Assembly (NCBI GenBank): GCA_007695365.1
Contig: REDV01000073.1
Location: 15,004-79,003 of the forward strand
Source of the DNA: Cryomorphaceae bacterium
GTDB lineage: Bacteria > Bacteroidota > Bacteroidia > Flavobacteriales_D > SKUL01
Direction: 5' to 3'
Length of the DNA stretch: 64,000 nucleotides
The notes under the pieces are model-generated. The model saw nothing but the letters and a program-made list of their open reading frames with translations. It did not search any database and was not told the DNA's origin. Shown piece after piece: positions 1 through 9,143 of the stretch. The translations under genes and the position numbers were made by a program. Within the stretch, counting starts at the first letter, position 1. Each line of letters starts with the position of its first letter.

Positions 1-1008
1 CAGCACCGCGGTATTCACACGCGCAACAGCCTGGATGACGAAATTGGCCAAAAGGATGTGGATGCCCTCATAGATGATATGTACAAACTCGTTATGCTTC
101 CCGGCGAGGAGATTATTCACGTGCTTCCACAGGAGTATATTGTGGATAGCGAGCAGGGAATCAAAGACCCGGTCGGTATGTCGGGCATTCGATTGGAGGC
201 CAATTTCCACATCATCACTGGTCAGATTGCTGCTGCCAAAAACATCTACAAGTGCGTTCACAAGGCCGGTTTGGAGGTGGCCGATCTCGTTCTGGAGCCA
301 CTGGCATCATCAGAGGCCGTGCTCAGTGAGGAGGAAAAAGAAGCAGGTGTGGTCCTGGTAGATATTGGTGGCGGAACCACCGACATCGCAATTTTCCAGG
401 ACGGAATCATCCGCCACACTGCTGTGATTCCTTTCGGTGGTAATGCCATTACCGAAGACATCAAAACCGGCTGCACCATCATGAAGAAGCAGGCCGAGCT
501 TCTCAAGTGCAAGTTTGGATCAGCCATCAGCCACGAAAGCCAGAGCAATGAAATTGTGTGCATTCCGGGTTTACGGGGACGTGAGCCCAAGGAGATTTCG
601 CTCTACAACCTCTCAAGCATTATTAGAGCACGTGCCGAAGAAATCATTGAACATGTGTACTACGAAATCAAGAGCTCGGGCTTTGAAAAGCAACTCATTG
701 CGGGCATCGTTGTAACAGGTGGCGGCGCCAATCTGCGCCATATCAACCAGCTATTTGAGTTTGTAACCGGTATGGACACTCGTATAGGGTATCCCAACGA
801 ACACCTCGGGAAAAACTCTATTCAGAACCTGGCAAGCCCCATCAACTCAACGGGAGTCGGCTTGGTTATCAAGGGCTTTCATCGTTACAACCGTCCTAAG
901 CTGGAAGAAACCACAGTAAAAAGTCATTCGGTGAAGCGCAACGGTAACTTCCTCGAAAAAATTGTAGCCATAGGCCGTGAGTGGCTTGAAGATGGCGGAG
1001 AGCAATAA
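1..1008 (+). CDS. ftsA: Cell division protein FtsA, C-terminal ~335 codons (5' end lies upstream of the window)
   Basis: Frame 1 is open from base 1, with no stop before the GTG at 58. It has actin/Hsp70-fold motifs VLVDIGGGTTDIAIF and GIVVTGGGANL. A C-terminal amphipathic helix NFLEKIVAIGREWLED is present. The gene sits immediately upstream of ftsZ. Confidence 0.92.
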   Translation, partial: QHRGIHTRNSLDDEIGQKDVDALIDDMYKLVMLPGEEIIHVLPQEYIVDSEQGIKDPVGMSGIRLEANFHIITGQIAAAKNIYKCVHKAGLEVADLVLEPLASSEAVLSEEEKEAGVVLVDIGGGTTDIAIFQDGIIRHTAVIPFGGNAITEDIKTGCTIMKKQAELLKCKFGSAISHESQSNEIVCIPGLRGREPKEISLYNLSSIIRARAEEIIEHVYYEIKSSGFEKQLIAGIVVTGGGANLRHINQLFEFVTGMDTRIGYPNEHLGKNSIQNLASPINSTGVGLVIKGFHRYNRPKLEETTVKSHSVKRNGNFLEKIVAIGREWLEDGGEQ

Positions 1009-1050
1009 TAAAACACGAAACAGTCATTAACCACAAAAACAGATACAGTT

Positions 1051-2709
1051 ATGAAATTTGATTTGCCTAAAGACCAAAGTTCTATCATCAAGGTGGTAGG
1101 CGTTGGCGGCGGTGGCGGAAATGCTGTGAAGCACATGTATGATCAAGGCATCAAAGGCGTTGATTTCCTTGTGTGCAATACAGATGCACAGGCCCTCGAC
1201 AGCAATCCGGTACCCACAAAGATTCAACTTGGCTCAAGCCTCACCGAAGGGCGCGGCGCCGGAAGTATTCCTGAAGTTGGCCGAAATGCCGCCGTTGAGA
1301 ACATTGACGACGTGAAAGCCATTCTCGAGAAGAACACCCACATGGTGTTTATCACTGCGGGTATGGGCGGCGGAACCGGTACAGGTGCCGCTCCTGTCAT
1401 CGCGCAGGCAGCGAGAGATATGGGTATTCTCACCGTGGGAATCGTTACCATGCCCTTTACTTTCGAAGGTAAGAAGCGAAAACTTCAGGCCGATGCCGGA
1501 ATTGAAGCCATGCGCAAAGCAGTAGATACGCTGTTGATTATCAAAAACGACAAGCTTCGTGAGATAGGCGGAAATCTCAAGCTAAAGGATGCCTTTGCCA
1601 AAGCTGATGATGTATTGGCTACAGCGGCCAGAGGGATCGCAGAAGTAGTGTCGGTAACGGGAGACATCAACGTGGACATGAATGATGTAAACACGGTGAT
1701 GCGCGACAGTGGTGTGGCCATCATGGGATCGGCGTGGGCCGAGGGTGAAGATCGCGCAATGGTTGCCGTGCAGAATGCGCTTGAGTCGCCTCTGCTCAAC
1801 GACAACGACATTCGAGGAGCACGCTACGTGCTGCTCAACATTACCTATGGAAACGACGATGTGTCTATGGATGAGATCACCGAGATCACTGATTACATCC
1901 AGGATGCGGCGGGCTCTACCGCGGATGTTATATGGGGTCATGCTATGGATGAATCGCTTGGAGAGAAGCTGAGTGTAACGGTGATTGCCACCGGCTTCAA
2001 ACACAAACTCACTCCTGATCTTGAACCTGAAGAGCCCAAAAAAGTAGTACACGAACTCACCGATAAGACCGATCATACTCCGGTGGGAAATGCCATTCAT
2101 ACACCTATTACCAAGCCAACCGGGGTGGCTGAACCACCTCCTGCAGAGAGCACAACTACGCAGGCTGAACAGGAAGAGCCTTTTCTGAAAACGCAGGATT
2201 CTCCAACAACACAGATGCCGCTTTCGTTTGGTGACGAGGAATCATCGGATGAGCCGTATTTGCGTCAATCCAATCGTGAGCAAGAGTCGGTTAACTCCCA
2301 GCGGCAGGAAGAATCGCAGCCTGAGGAGACACCTCAGCGCAAGGTGTACACCCTGGAGGATGAGCTGCCTGAACTTAGCAATGAGGTGGTATCTGACGAC
2401 TCAGAAAAAATGCCCACGCAAATGGAAGAACCTCAGCAAGCACCTTCCATGAGTCGTGAGGAAATCCAGAAGATAAGCATGCAGCGTATGCAGCACATTC
2501 GTGAAGTAACATCCAGACTCAGAACTCCTTCTGGGTTGACCGACCTGGAAGACGAGCCGGCATACAAGCGCAGAAATATACGACTCAATGAACCACCGCA
2601 TTCATCTGAAAGCAGTGTTTCGCGCTATTCATTGTCCGAGGATAATGAAGAAGAAGGGCGTTCCGAACTTCGTCAGAATAATTCCTTTCTCCACGATAAT
2701 GTTGACTAG
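1051..2709 (+). CDS. ftsZ: Cell division GTPase FtsZ with long disordered linker and C-terminal extension
   Basis: It has the tubulin signature VVGVGGGGGNAV and FITAGMGGGTGTGAAPV, followed by NDKL. An acidic/Pro/Gln/Ser-rich linker of ~180 aa follows. A C-terminal peptide-like motif EDEPAYKRRNIRL is present, and the protein ends in SFLHDNVD. Confidence 0.97.
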   Translation: MKFDLPKDQSSIIKVVGVGGGGGNAVKHMYDQGIKGVDFLVCNTDAQALDSNPVPTKIQLGSSLTEGRGAGSIPEVGRNAAVENIDDVKAILEKNTHMVFITAGMGGGTGTGAAPVIAQAARDMGILTVGIVTMPFTFEGKKRKLQADAGIEAMRKAVDTLLIIKNDKLREIGGNLKLKDAFAKADDVLATAARGIAEVVSVTGDINVDMNDVNTVMRDSGVAIMGSAWAEGEDRAMVAVQNALESPLLNDNDIRGARYVLLNITYGNDDVSMDEITEITDYIQDAAGSTADVIWGHAMDESLGEKLSVTVIATGFKHKLTPDLEPEEPKKVVHELTDKTDHTPVGNAIHTPITKPTGVAEPPPAESTTTQAEQEEPFLKTQDSPTTQMPLSFGDEESSDEPYLRQSNREQESVNSQRQEESQPEETPQRKVYTLEDELPELSNEVVSDDSEKMPTQMEEPQQAPSMSREEIQKISMQRMQHIREVTSRLRTPSGLTDLEDEPAYKRRNIRLNEPPHSSESSVSRYSLSEDNEEEGRSELRQNNSFLHDNVD

Positions 2710-2712
2710 GTG

Positions 2713-3165
2713 ATGGCACTTGTAGATCAGATTAACGAAGACATCAAAACCGCAATGCGCGCAAAGGACCGCCACACGCTGGAAGCTCTTCGCGCCATCA
2801 AGGCTGCTCTTCTTTTGGAAGGCACCAAGGCGGGCGCAGATGATGAAATACCTGATGACGTAGCCAACAAAATGCTGCAGAAACTGCACAAACAACGCGT
2901 GGAAGCCGCCGGAATTTTCCGCCAGCAGGGCAGGGAAGACCTTGCCTCAGATGAGGAAGCCCAGGCAGCAGTTATTGAAAACTACCTGCCGGAAGCCATG
3001 AGCGAAGATGAAGTTCGCAAGGTGGTTGCCGGAATCGTATCAAACGTGGGTGCAACTTCTATGGGCGATATGGGCAAGGTAATGGGGGCTGCTACCAAGG
3101 AGTTGGCCGGAAAAGCCGACGGTAAATTGATATCACAAATAGTACGCGAGTTGCTCCAAAGCTAA
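2713..3165 (+). CDS. GatB/YqeY domain protein
   Basis: The N-terminus MALVDQINEDIKTAMRAKD...LEALRAIKAAL is typical of the YqeY family. The protein is ~150 aa. The ATG at 2713 lies just after the ftsZ stop, and the ORF track starts 3 nt earlier at a GTG. Confidence 0.85.
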   Translation: MALVDQINEDIKTAMRAKDRHTLEALRAIKAALLLEGTKAGADDEIPDDVANKMLQKLHKQRVEAAGIFRQQGREDLASDEEAQAAVIENYLPEAMSEDEVRKVVAGIVSNVGATSMGDMGKVMGAATKELAGKADGKLISQIVRELLQS

Positions 3166-3190
3166 ATCTGACTTTGTGGTTAAGGTCAGA

Positions 3191-3226
3191 AAAGGTCGCT
3201 CCTGTATGGGGGCGACCTTTTTTATT
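3191..3226. terminator. Bidirectional intrinsic terminator between yqeY (+) and the CotH gene (-)
   Basis: The stem AAAGGTCGC (3191-3199) pairs with GCGACCTTT (3212-3220). It is flanked by an A-run and a T-run (TTTTTTATTT). Confidence 0.6.
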
Positions 3227-3234
3227 TGCGCAGC

Positions 3235-5631
3235 TTATTGCAACTTAATAAACCGAGCGTGCCACACTTGCTTTTCGGTCTGGATGCGCAACAGGTAAGG
3301 CGCAGAAGGGAGGTTGCTTACTGAAAATGTGATGTTTTCCCCTGCCCGGGAATGCGGCAAAGTGAAGCGATGAACCAGACGCCCTGAGAGGTCATAGCAA
3401 TCGACGGTAATAATAGCCTCCGCTTCTTTGGTTCGAATGTTTAAAAAATCGGTTGCCGGATTGGGCCACAATACGAAAGAGTCTGCAGAAGCGAGAGCAG
3501 GCGGTAGAGGGGTTACGATAGAGTCACAAATACCGAAGCCGTACTGCGGATCGGTGATGTCGAAAAAATCCAACAAATGACTTAGCATATAACATGGGCG
3601 ATCTTTCGCAAATTGCCTGATTAACTCAACTTCACTGTTCCAAACTTCAACACTGGCCGGATAGCGCCATCGTGCAATGTGCTCAGGCATTACCGGTGCT
3701 AAAATGCTCACTATGCTGTCGGTAAGGTGATTGATGTTCTCTTCTGTAAAGCGATTCAGCATCAGGTATTCAAATCGATCCAGAAAAAGCTCTTTGAAAC
3801 CATCGTTTTGAAGTAACGAGCGCAAAAACAAAGTAGAACCGGGAGGGTTGGGCCATGCCGGGCCGTCTTCAGCGGTTGCGTGCTCCATTGAATTGAATTC
3901 CGGATAAATCAGGCAGGCATCATTGTCAAAATATATCCAGCGCCAAAAAGGAGAATCTATTTCATGGCGCCAGAATCGGTTGTTGTTTCCCGGCCAATCA
4001 TACACGCCAATGAAAATTTTAGTAATGAAATAATCAAGTAAACTCGACAGGTCGAAATGACTGATGACATGAGTATAGTGCTCCTGATTAGAAAGGTCAT
4101 GTGACTCGAGGTATTCGAGTAAGTTTTGAAATGCTGATGGACTACCCATTGAGGCTTGCGTCCAGTCTGACATAATTGTGAGGTGATCCCCGGAAGCATC
4201 TGCGTTTGCAGTGTAGTTGAGGAACCTGTGATCCAGACGATCGCGAAAATTCATGATGCCCCAAAACTCCCCATTGATGAAAACTACGGCAGGTCGGTAG
4301 TCTTGTTTTTCCAGCTCCAATCCTTCAGCCAGCAAGGATGACAATCCATCGGCGAAATAATTAAAAGGAAAATCGTTACCGCTTTGACGAAGCATGATCC
4401 TTTCATATTGACCGACATCACGCCAGGGAAAAAACGCATAGTCCAAGGTGCCTTTTCCGTACTGGTTGCGAGCATAGAGTCTGAGTGACTTGAGTGGCAA
4501 TGAACGGGAGCTGTGCCCGTGAATACGAATGCCAATTTGTTGATTCAAGGCAATGGAGCCGTCACTTTCAAACAAGGTGAGATGTGCGGGCCTTTCCCAG
4601 TCTGATCCTTTTCCGAAAAAGTTTCCGTGGCCCCACCAGAAGGTGCCATAGGTTTCTTCGTCTGCGGCCCGTCCGGGTGTATAGATGCCGTAGTCGTAGT
4701 CAAAGAGATTCAGCGAATCCGTGACGATAGAGACAATGGGAAGTCCGTTGAACCTGCTTTCAATATTTTCGTCCACCAGGTAGGTGTTTGTGTAAAGGGG
4801 CGAGGCGGCCGTACCGTTTAAGAAGGATTGTGCTTTTACAACCGTTCCCTTGAATACCTGACCGTCAGGAGCTATCCAATGATAAGGGTGACTCGCGTTG
4901 GAGGCTGTGGTTTGTATGCTGCTCAGGTTGTTGGCTTCATCGGTGCGATCCTGAACGGCAATAGGGCTTTCGTAGGGAATAGCGGTGGTATCCGGATCAC
5001 TGCCATCCAAAGTATAGAAAATTTGTGTTTCCGGGTCGGACTGGTTGATGGTGAGGTTAAAAGGCTCGTTAAAAAGTCCGGAATTGGCAGAAAACATGAG
5101 GGTGTCCCAGGGTGGTGTGTAGAGGATGCCTTCGTTGTTGCTGAATCCCGGTGTGCCACTCACAAAGGTAGTCCAGCTATCACTACCGTCCGGCAGCCGG
5201 CCGTAACTGTGATTGGTGAGCATTTCAACGGGAGGAATGAAGTCAATAGCCTGGCCGTCGGCATCGCTCAGCAAAATGGTTTCACCCTCAATGCTTATGC
5301 TGAAATTTGTATGTAATTCGCCTTCAGTGCGGTCTTTGCCTGAGGCAAATACAATCAGGAAATCACCGGGCGGAATGGGTGCCGACGGAAAAGTCCATTT
5401 GCTCAGATCCGAAGGATTGTCTGTAATACGGTAACCTTCAAGGTTGATCGTGTCGCTGCCCGCATTGTACAGTTCTATCCAGTCTTCATGGTCACCGTCT
5501 TCGTCAGCGAGTGAGAAAGCGTTGGACGACATCATCTCGTTCAGCTTGATGTCCTGAGTGTGCGCAATATTCGGATACGAGCACCAGAAGCATACCCAGG
5601 CAATAGAAAAGGTCTTTTCAGGGAAAGTCAT
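3235..5631 (-). CDS. Secreted CotH-family protein with N-terminal lamin-tail-like domain (LTD) and T9SS C-terminal sorting domain (paralogue 1)
   Basis: It has the LTD-like block NEMMSSNA...DWIELYN...INLEGYRITD. CotH-like blocks include DWERPAH, RIHGHSSRSLPLKSLRLYARN, NGEFWGIMN and DWPGNN. The C-terminus LWPNPATDFLNI...YLLRIQ...FIKLQ looks like a Por secretion tail. The start is placed at Met55 of the track ORF (MTFPEKTFSIAWVCFW) by alignment with the paralogue and a -7 box 12 nt upstream. Confidence 0.8.
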   Translation of the reverse strand: MTFPEKTFSIAWVCFWCSYPNIAHTQDIKLNEMMSSNAFSLADEDGDHEDWIELYNAGSDTINLEGYRITDNPSDLSKWTFPSAPIPPGDFLIVFASGKDRTEGELHTNFSISIEGETILLSDADGQAIDFIPPVEMLTNHSYGRLPDGSDSWTTFVSGTPGFSNNEGILYTPPWDTLMFSANSGLFNEPFNLTINQSDPETQIFYTLDGSDPDTTAIPYESPIAVQDRTDEANNLSSIQTTASNASHPYHWIAPDGQVFKGTVVKAQSFLNGTAASPLYTNTYLVDENIESRFNGLPIVSIVTDSLNLFDYDYGIYTPGRAADEETYGTFWWGHGNFFGKGSDWERPAHLTLFESDGSIALNQQIGIRIHGHSSRSLPLKSLRLYARNQYGKGTLDYAFFPWRDVGQYERIMLRQSGNDFPFNYFADGLSSLLAEGLELEKQDYRPAVVFINGEFWGIMNFRDRLDHRFLNYTANADASGDHLTIMSDWTQASMGSPSAFQNLLEYLESHDLSNQEHYTHVISHFDLSSLLDYFITKIFIGVYDWPGNNNRFWRHEIDSPFWRWIYFDNDACLIYPEFNSMEHATAEDGPAWPNPPGSTLFLRSLLQNDGFKELFLDRFEYLMLNRFTEENINHLTDSIVSILAPVMPEHIARWRYPASVEVWNSEVELIRQFAKDRPCYMLSHLLDFFDITDPQYGFGICDSIVTPLPPALASADSFVLWPNPATDFLNIRTKEAEAIITVDCYDLSGRLVHRFTLPHSRAGENITFSVSNLPSAPYLLRIQTEKQVWHARFIKLQ

Positions 5632-5643
5632 CAGAAAGCAATG

Positions 5644-5671
5644 CAAAGATAATGTTTCCGGTAGTCTGCAA
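5644..5671 (-). promoter_or_regulatory. Candidate Bacteroidota-type promoter (TTG-N17-TATCTTTG) for CotH paralogue 1
   Basis: The minus strand reads TTGcagactaccggaaacatTATCTTTG. The -7 box matches TAnnTTTG exactly and ends 12 nt before the ATG at 5631. Confidence 0.35.
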
Positions 5672-5879
5672 GTTATGCCGTTGGGTGAGTGATGGGCAAT
5701 ACGCTGAATGCTTAGAAAGTTTACCTTCGCACAGGCTAGATTCTTGCTGTTGCCAGTTGCGGAAAATGCCTGGTGATTACTTTGCTGGCTCAATAATCAA
5801 CTCACAGAAATACAGATTGTTTGTTTTGATTATTTCCGGTTTTAAGCAACCTGAACCTTGTTTGTTTGTTACGTAGAAT

Positions 5880-7037
5880 ATGACCACTGCTGAACTTATT
5901 GAATCGAATCGCGCACTTGAGCAGGTAAGAAGTCACCTGAATAGTGTAAGCGAAATGGCCATTGATCTCGAGTTCGACAAGAACAGGTTTCGCTATGGAT
6001 TTAATCTGTGCCTGATGCAGATTGCCACTCCGGATGATTGCTTTTTGGTGGACCCGCTCTCCCCGGATCTAAATGTAGCCAATCTTTTTCCGGCCCTGGA
6101 GAATGCTGCTACCGAAAAGCTTGTGTTTGCCTTTGGCGAAGACCTGCGGCTATTGCACCAACTTGGCTGTTTCCCAAAAGCCCTGTACGACCTCAAAACG
6201 GCCGCCAGCCTGCTGAACTATCCCCCTGCCTCGCTCACTGATTTGCTCCGTCAGATTATCGGGGTAGAAGTGGGAGCGTCGGCCCAAAACAGCAATTGGT
6301 ACAAAAGGCCGCTTTCCGAAAAGCAAATTCATTACGCCGCCGATGATGTGCGCTTTCTTGGGGCGCTTCGCAATCAGATAGACACCGAAGCGGATCAACT
6401 AGGAATACGAGACTGGATTGAAGAGGAAAATGAGCGTTTAAATACCGTTTCCTTTGCAGATCTGCCTGAATCAGTTGCTTTCAGAAAAAAAGACATGGCG
6501 GGCTTGAGTGAATTTACATGGCATGTATTGAAGGCGCTTCTTGAGTTTCGAGAGGAAGTGGCAAAATCGGTTAACCGGCCCTCATTTCAGGTGATTCATA
6601 AGGATTTGCTCGCGGCCATTGCGGTTGATCCATCAGCATTAAAGCAATGGAGCAATACGCGAATGGTGCACAGGGCTGCGCACAACCCGGACGTTAAAAA
6701 GAGAGTCGAAGAAGTGCTGGAACAGGCCAGGGCAGAGGCGCATAGCCTCGGCTTGTCGTTGGGTAAGCCCGCCATTCCCAAACTCAGCCCCGAAGAGTAC
6801 AAACGTTTCCGCGAACAGCGCGACATGCGCGAAAAGATAAAGCGGGATGTTTTTACTCCTGTAAAGAGCAGGTTGGTGGAGCAATACGGTGAGCACGCGG
6901 CCACTTTTATGCTAAGTAACCGGGCCATTGACGATTTGCTCATAGGAAATGGTGAACGATTGCCTGAGTACCGGCGTCATTTGCTTACGCAGATTGGCGA
7001 CGATTTGGGTCTTGACGTGCGGCCGTACCTCGGTTAA
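5880..7037 (+). CDS. rnd: RNase D-like 3'-5' exonuclease with HRDC-type C-terminal region
   Basis: It has DEDDy exonuclease motifs AIDLEFD, FAFGEDLRLL and HYAADDVRFL. The helical C-terminal half is consistent with HRDC. Confidence 0.75.
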   Translation: MTTAELIESNRALEQVRSHLNSVSEMAIDLEFDKNRFRYGFNLCLMQIATPDDCFLVDPLSPDLNVANLFPALENAATEKLVFAFGEDLRLLHQLGCFPKALYDLKTAASLLNYPPASLTDLLRQIIGVEVGASAQNSNWYKRPLSEKQIHYAADDVRFLGALRNQIDTEADQLGIRDWIEEENERLNTVSFADLPESVAFRKKDMAGLSEFTWHVLKALLEFREEVAKSVNRPSFQVIHKDLLAAIAVDPSALKQWSNTRMVHRAAHNPDVKKRVEEVLEQARAEAHSLGLSLGKPAIPKLSPEEYKRFREQRDMREKIKRDVFTPVKSRLVEQYGEHAATFMLSNRAIDDLLIGNGERLPEYRRHLLTQIGDDLGLDVRPYLG

Positions 7038-7732
7038 TGACCGGATTCCGTTTCGAGCTTAAAGCCAATGCCATGAATGTTGGTGATTTTCAGGCTTTCA
7101 TCCAGGCTCAGGTACTTGCGAAGTTTGCTGATAAATACATCCAGGCTTCGTCCCACAAAATAATTGTCGTCTCCCCACACCAAATTGGTCAGTAGTTCTC
7201 GCTCAATCACTTTATTGGGGTGTTCGCAAAGGAGTTTGAGGACTTCTGCCTCCTTGCGCGTAAGAACCTTTTCAAAGCCGTCGGCCCGCAGTTCAAAGTC
7301 GTCGTACGAAAAGGTGTATTTGCCCAATTGAAAGATTTGTTTTCGCTCCTTTTCCTCCGAGTTGCCTCGCGTTCGTTTTAAAATAGCTTCAATACGCAAC
7401 AGGAGCTCCTCTTTGCCGAAAGGTTTGGTGATATAGTCATCAGCACCGGCTTTAAATCCGGTAACCTTGTCGTCCATCATGCCTTTGGCAGTGAGAAAAA
7501 CAATAGGTACTTCGCTGATTTTGCGGATGTCGCGCGCCAGCTCAAAACCATCCTTCCTCGGAAGCATCACGTCCAACACGCACAAGTCGTAGCTGTTTTC
7601 ATTGAAGTATTTGAGGCCTTCTTTGCCATCTTTGCACAGGTGCACGTCATAGCCGGCTGCTTTGAGGTTGTCTTGCACCACAAAACCCAGACTCAGGTCA
7701 TCTTCAACGAGCAGCACGGTTGCTTTAGCCAT
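7034..7732 (-). CDS. OmpR-family response regulator (RprY-like)
   Basis: The receiver domain has VLLVEDD, DLCVLDVMLPRKDGF and FLTAK. The winged-helix output has LTRKEAEVLKLL and LDVFISKLRKYL. Its start overlaps the kinase gene stop by 8 nt. Confidence 0.9.
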   Translation of the reverse strand: MAKATVLLVEDDLSLGFVVQDNLKAAGYDVHLCKDGKEGLKYFNENSYDLCVLDVMLPRKDGFELARDIRKISEVPIVFLTAKGMMDDKVTGFKAGADDYITKPFGKEELLLRIEAILKRTRGNSEEKERKQIFQLGKYTFSYDDFELRADGFEKVLTRKEAEVLKLLCEHPNKVIERELLTNLVWGDDNYFVGRSLDVFISKLRKYLSLDESLKITNIHGIGFKLETESGH

Positions 7733-9071
7733 GGTTATGGTTTCGTTTTAAAGGGAGAGATACCACGAAAGTGGTTCCTTTTCCTAATTGACTTTCAACG
7801 CGAATATTTCCTTTGTGTTCCTGTACCATGAGTTTTACGTAGTAAAGTCCCAGTCCAAAGCCTTTTACGTCGTGCACGTTACCGGTTGGTACGCGGTAGA
7901 ACTTGTCAAAAATGTACCGTTGCGACTCTTTCGGGATCCCCACACCCCTGTCGCTTATGACCACTTCAAGCTTTCCGTTGCGATTGCTGGTTTTGATGGT
8001 AATTTCAGGGTTTTCGGGAGAGTACTTTAATGCGTTGTCCAGTAGGTTGTATAACACATTGGTGATGTGAACCACGTCAGCCATAACTTCGGCTTGCTGT
8101 GCATCCGGGTAGTAGTGGAGTACGCCGCGATGCTCCTGAAGATTCAGGGTGAAGGAGTCGGCGGTTTCACGGATGATATGGTGCATGTTAAGTGGTTCAA
8201 ACTTCAGTTCGATGTTCTCGTGATCCAGCGCTGCGAGTTGCAAGACTTTCTCGACCTGTGTTTTAAGTCGGTTGTTTTCGCTGTGAATGATCTTAGCATA
8301 TTGTTTGAGACGTTCGGGCTGTGATACAATCGCTTCGTCCATAAGAACTTCGCTCGAAAGAGAAATGGTGCTGATGGGGGTTTTCAGCTCGTGGGTCATG
8401 TTGTTGATGAAATCGGTTTTCATTTCAGACAGCCGCTTTTGCTTGAGAATCACATACACCGAGTACCCGAAAAAGACAAACAAAATACTGATGAGTGAAG
8501 TAAAAAACGCCCATGCTCCGTAACGGGTATCTCCCTGGCCGGGTTCAAAAACAGGACGGTTGGGAAAGTACACGCTGAAGTAATGCCCATCGCGATCCCA
8601 TTTGATATCAGGCGAGCGCGAGCTTCCTCCCTGTGCGGTATCCGAGGCTATATCCACAAACTTTCCGAACACAATCGAGTCGTTGAAACAATCGTAAATG
8701 CCGTACTCAAAATCCTCCTGGATATTGCGTCGTTGAAATTCTGAACTAAGAAGACTTTCAAGCAGGTACGGGTGGAGGGTGTCGTTGATGGCCACCGTGT
8801 AAAAGTTGGGTTTCACCTGTTTTACAGCTTGAAAAAGCTCTGCTGGGTCATTGGTGATGGTGAGTATTTCATCGGCCACATTCGAAAGTGCGATGACCAC
8901 GCGATCGTTGAATCGCTTTTCGTCAGCCATACCTTGTTCATTTCTCAGGTCCAACTGCGTTTCTTTTACGCGAAAGGCTTTATCGAGCCAGTACACCTGA
9001 GAAATAACAATTCCCACCACCGATATGATGGCCAGCACAACCAATATCCGTATCGCGCGAACGTTCACCAT
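7725..9071 (-). CDS. Sensor histidine kinase (RprX-like), two TM segments flanking a ~150-aa extracytoplasmic domain
   Basis: The H-box is MTHELKTPISTI, the N-box is LLDNALKYS, and the G-boxes are DRGVGIP and GFGLGLYYV. TM helices lie at residues ~8-28 and ~185-210. Confidence 0.9.
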   Translation of the reverse strand: MVNVRAIRILVVLAIISVVGIVISQVYWLDKAFRVKETQLDLRNEQGMADEKRFNDRVVIALSNVADEILTITNDPAELFQAVKQVKPNFYTVAINDTLHPYLLESLLSSEFQRRNIQEDFEYGIYDCFNDSIVFGKFVDIASDTAQGGSSRSPDIKWDRDGHYFSVYFPNRPVFEPGQGDTRYGAWAFFTSLISILFVFFGYSVYVILKQKRLSEMKTDFINNMTHELKTPISTISLSSEVLMDEAIVSQPERLKQYAKIIHSENNRLKTQVEKVLQLAALDHENIELKFEPLNMHHIIRETADSFTLNLQEHRGVLHYYPDAQQAEVMADVVHITNVLYNLLDNALKYSPENPEITIKTSNRNGKLEVVISDRGVGIPKESQRYIFDKFYRVPTGNVHDVKGFGLGLYYVKLMVQEHKGNIRVESQLGKGTTFVVSLPLKRNHNHG

Positions 9072-9143
9072 CCAAAGTTAGCAATAGTAATCGGTCAATC
9101 CACCAGCTCTCTGCGGTACTCAGAACGTGACCGTATCCGTGTA

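Noticed and set aside
5632-5793. 54-codon N-terminal extension of CotH paralogue 1 in the ORF track. Similar extensions occur on the sigma-54 activator (19086-19214), miaB (20513-20599), rlmB (43765-43824), era (32426-32509) and the 9832 ORF.
   Set aside because: The extensions are not signal-like or domain-like. The paralogue or family N-termini align with the internal Met (TTG for era). Promoter-like boxes or neighbouring genes and the tRNA occupy the extended regions.
5652-5876. 74-aa Cys-rich ORF (CKLC...CCC) filling the spacer between CotH paralogue 1 and rnd.
   Set aside because: It has no recognisable fold or signal and uses many rare-looking codons (AGG, CTA, TTA, CGG). Its ATG abuts the -7 box of the divergent CotH promoter. 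It is more likely promoter or UTR DNA that happens to be open. It would need conservation or Ribo-seq support.
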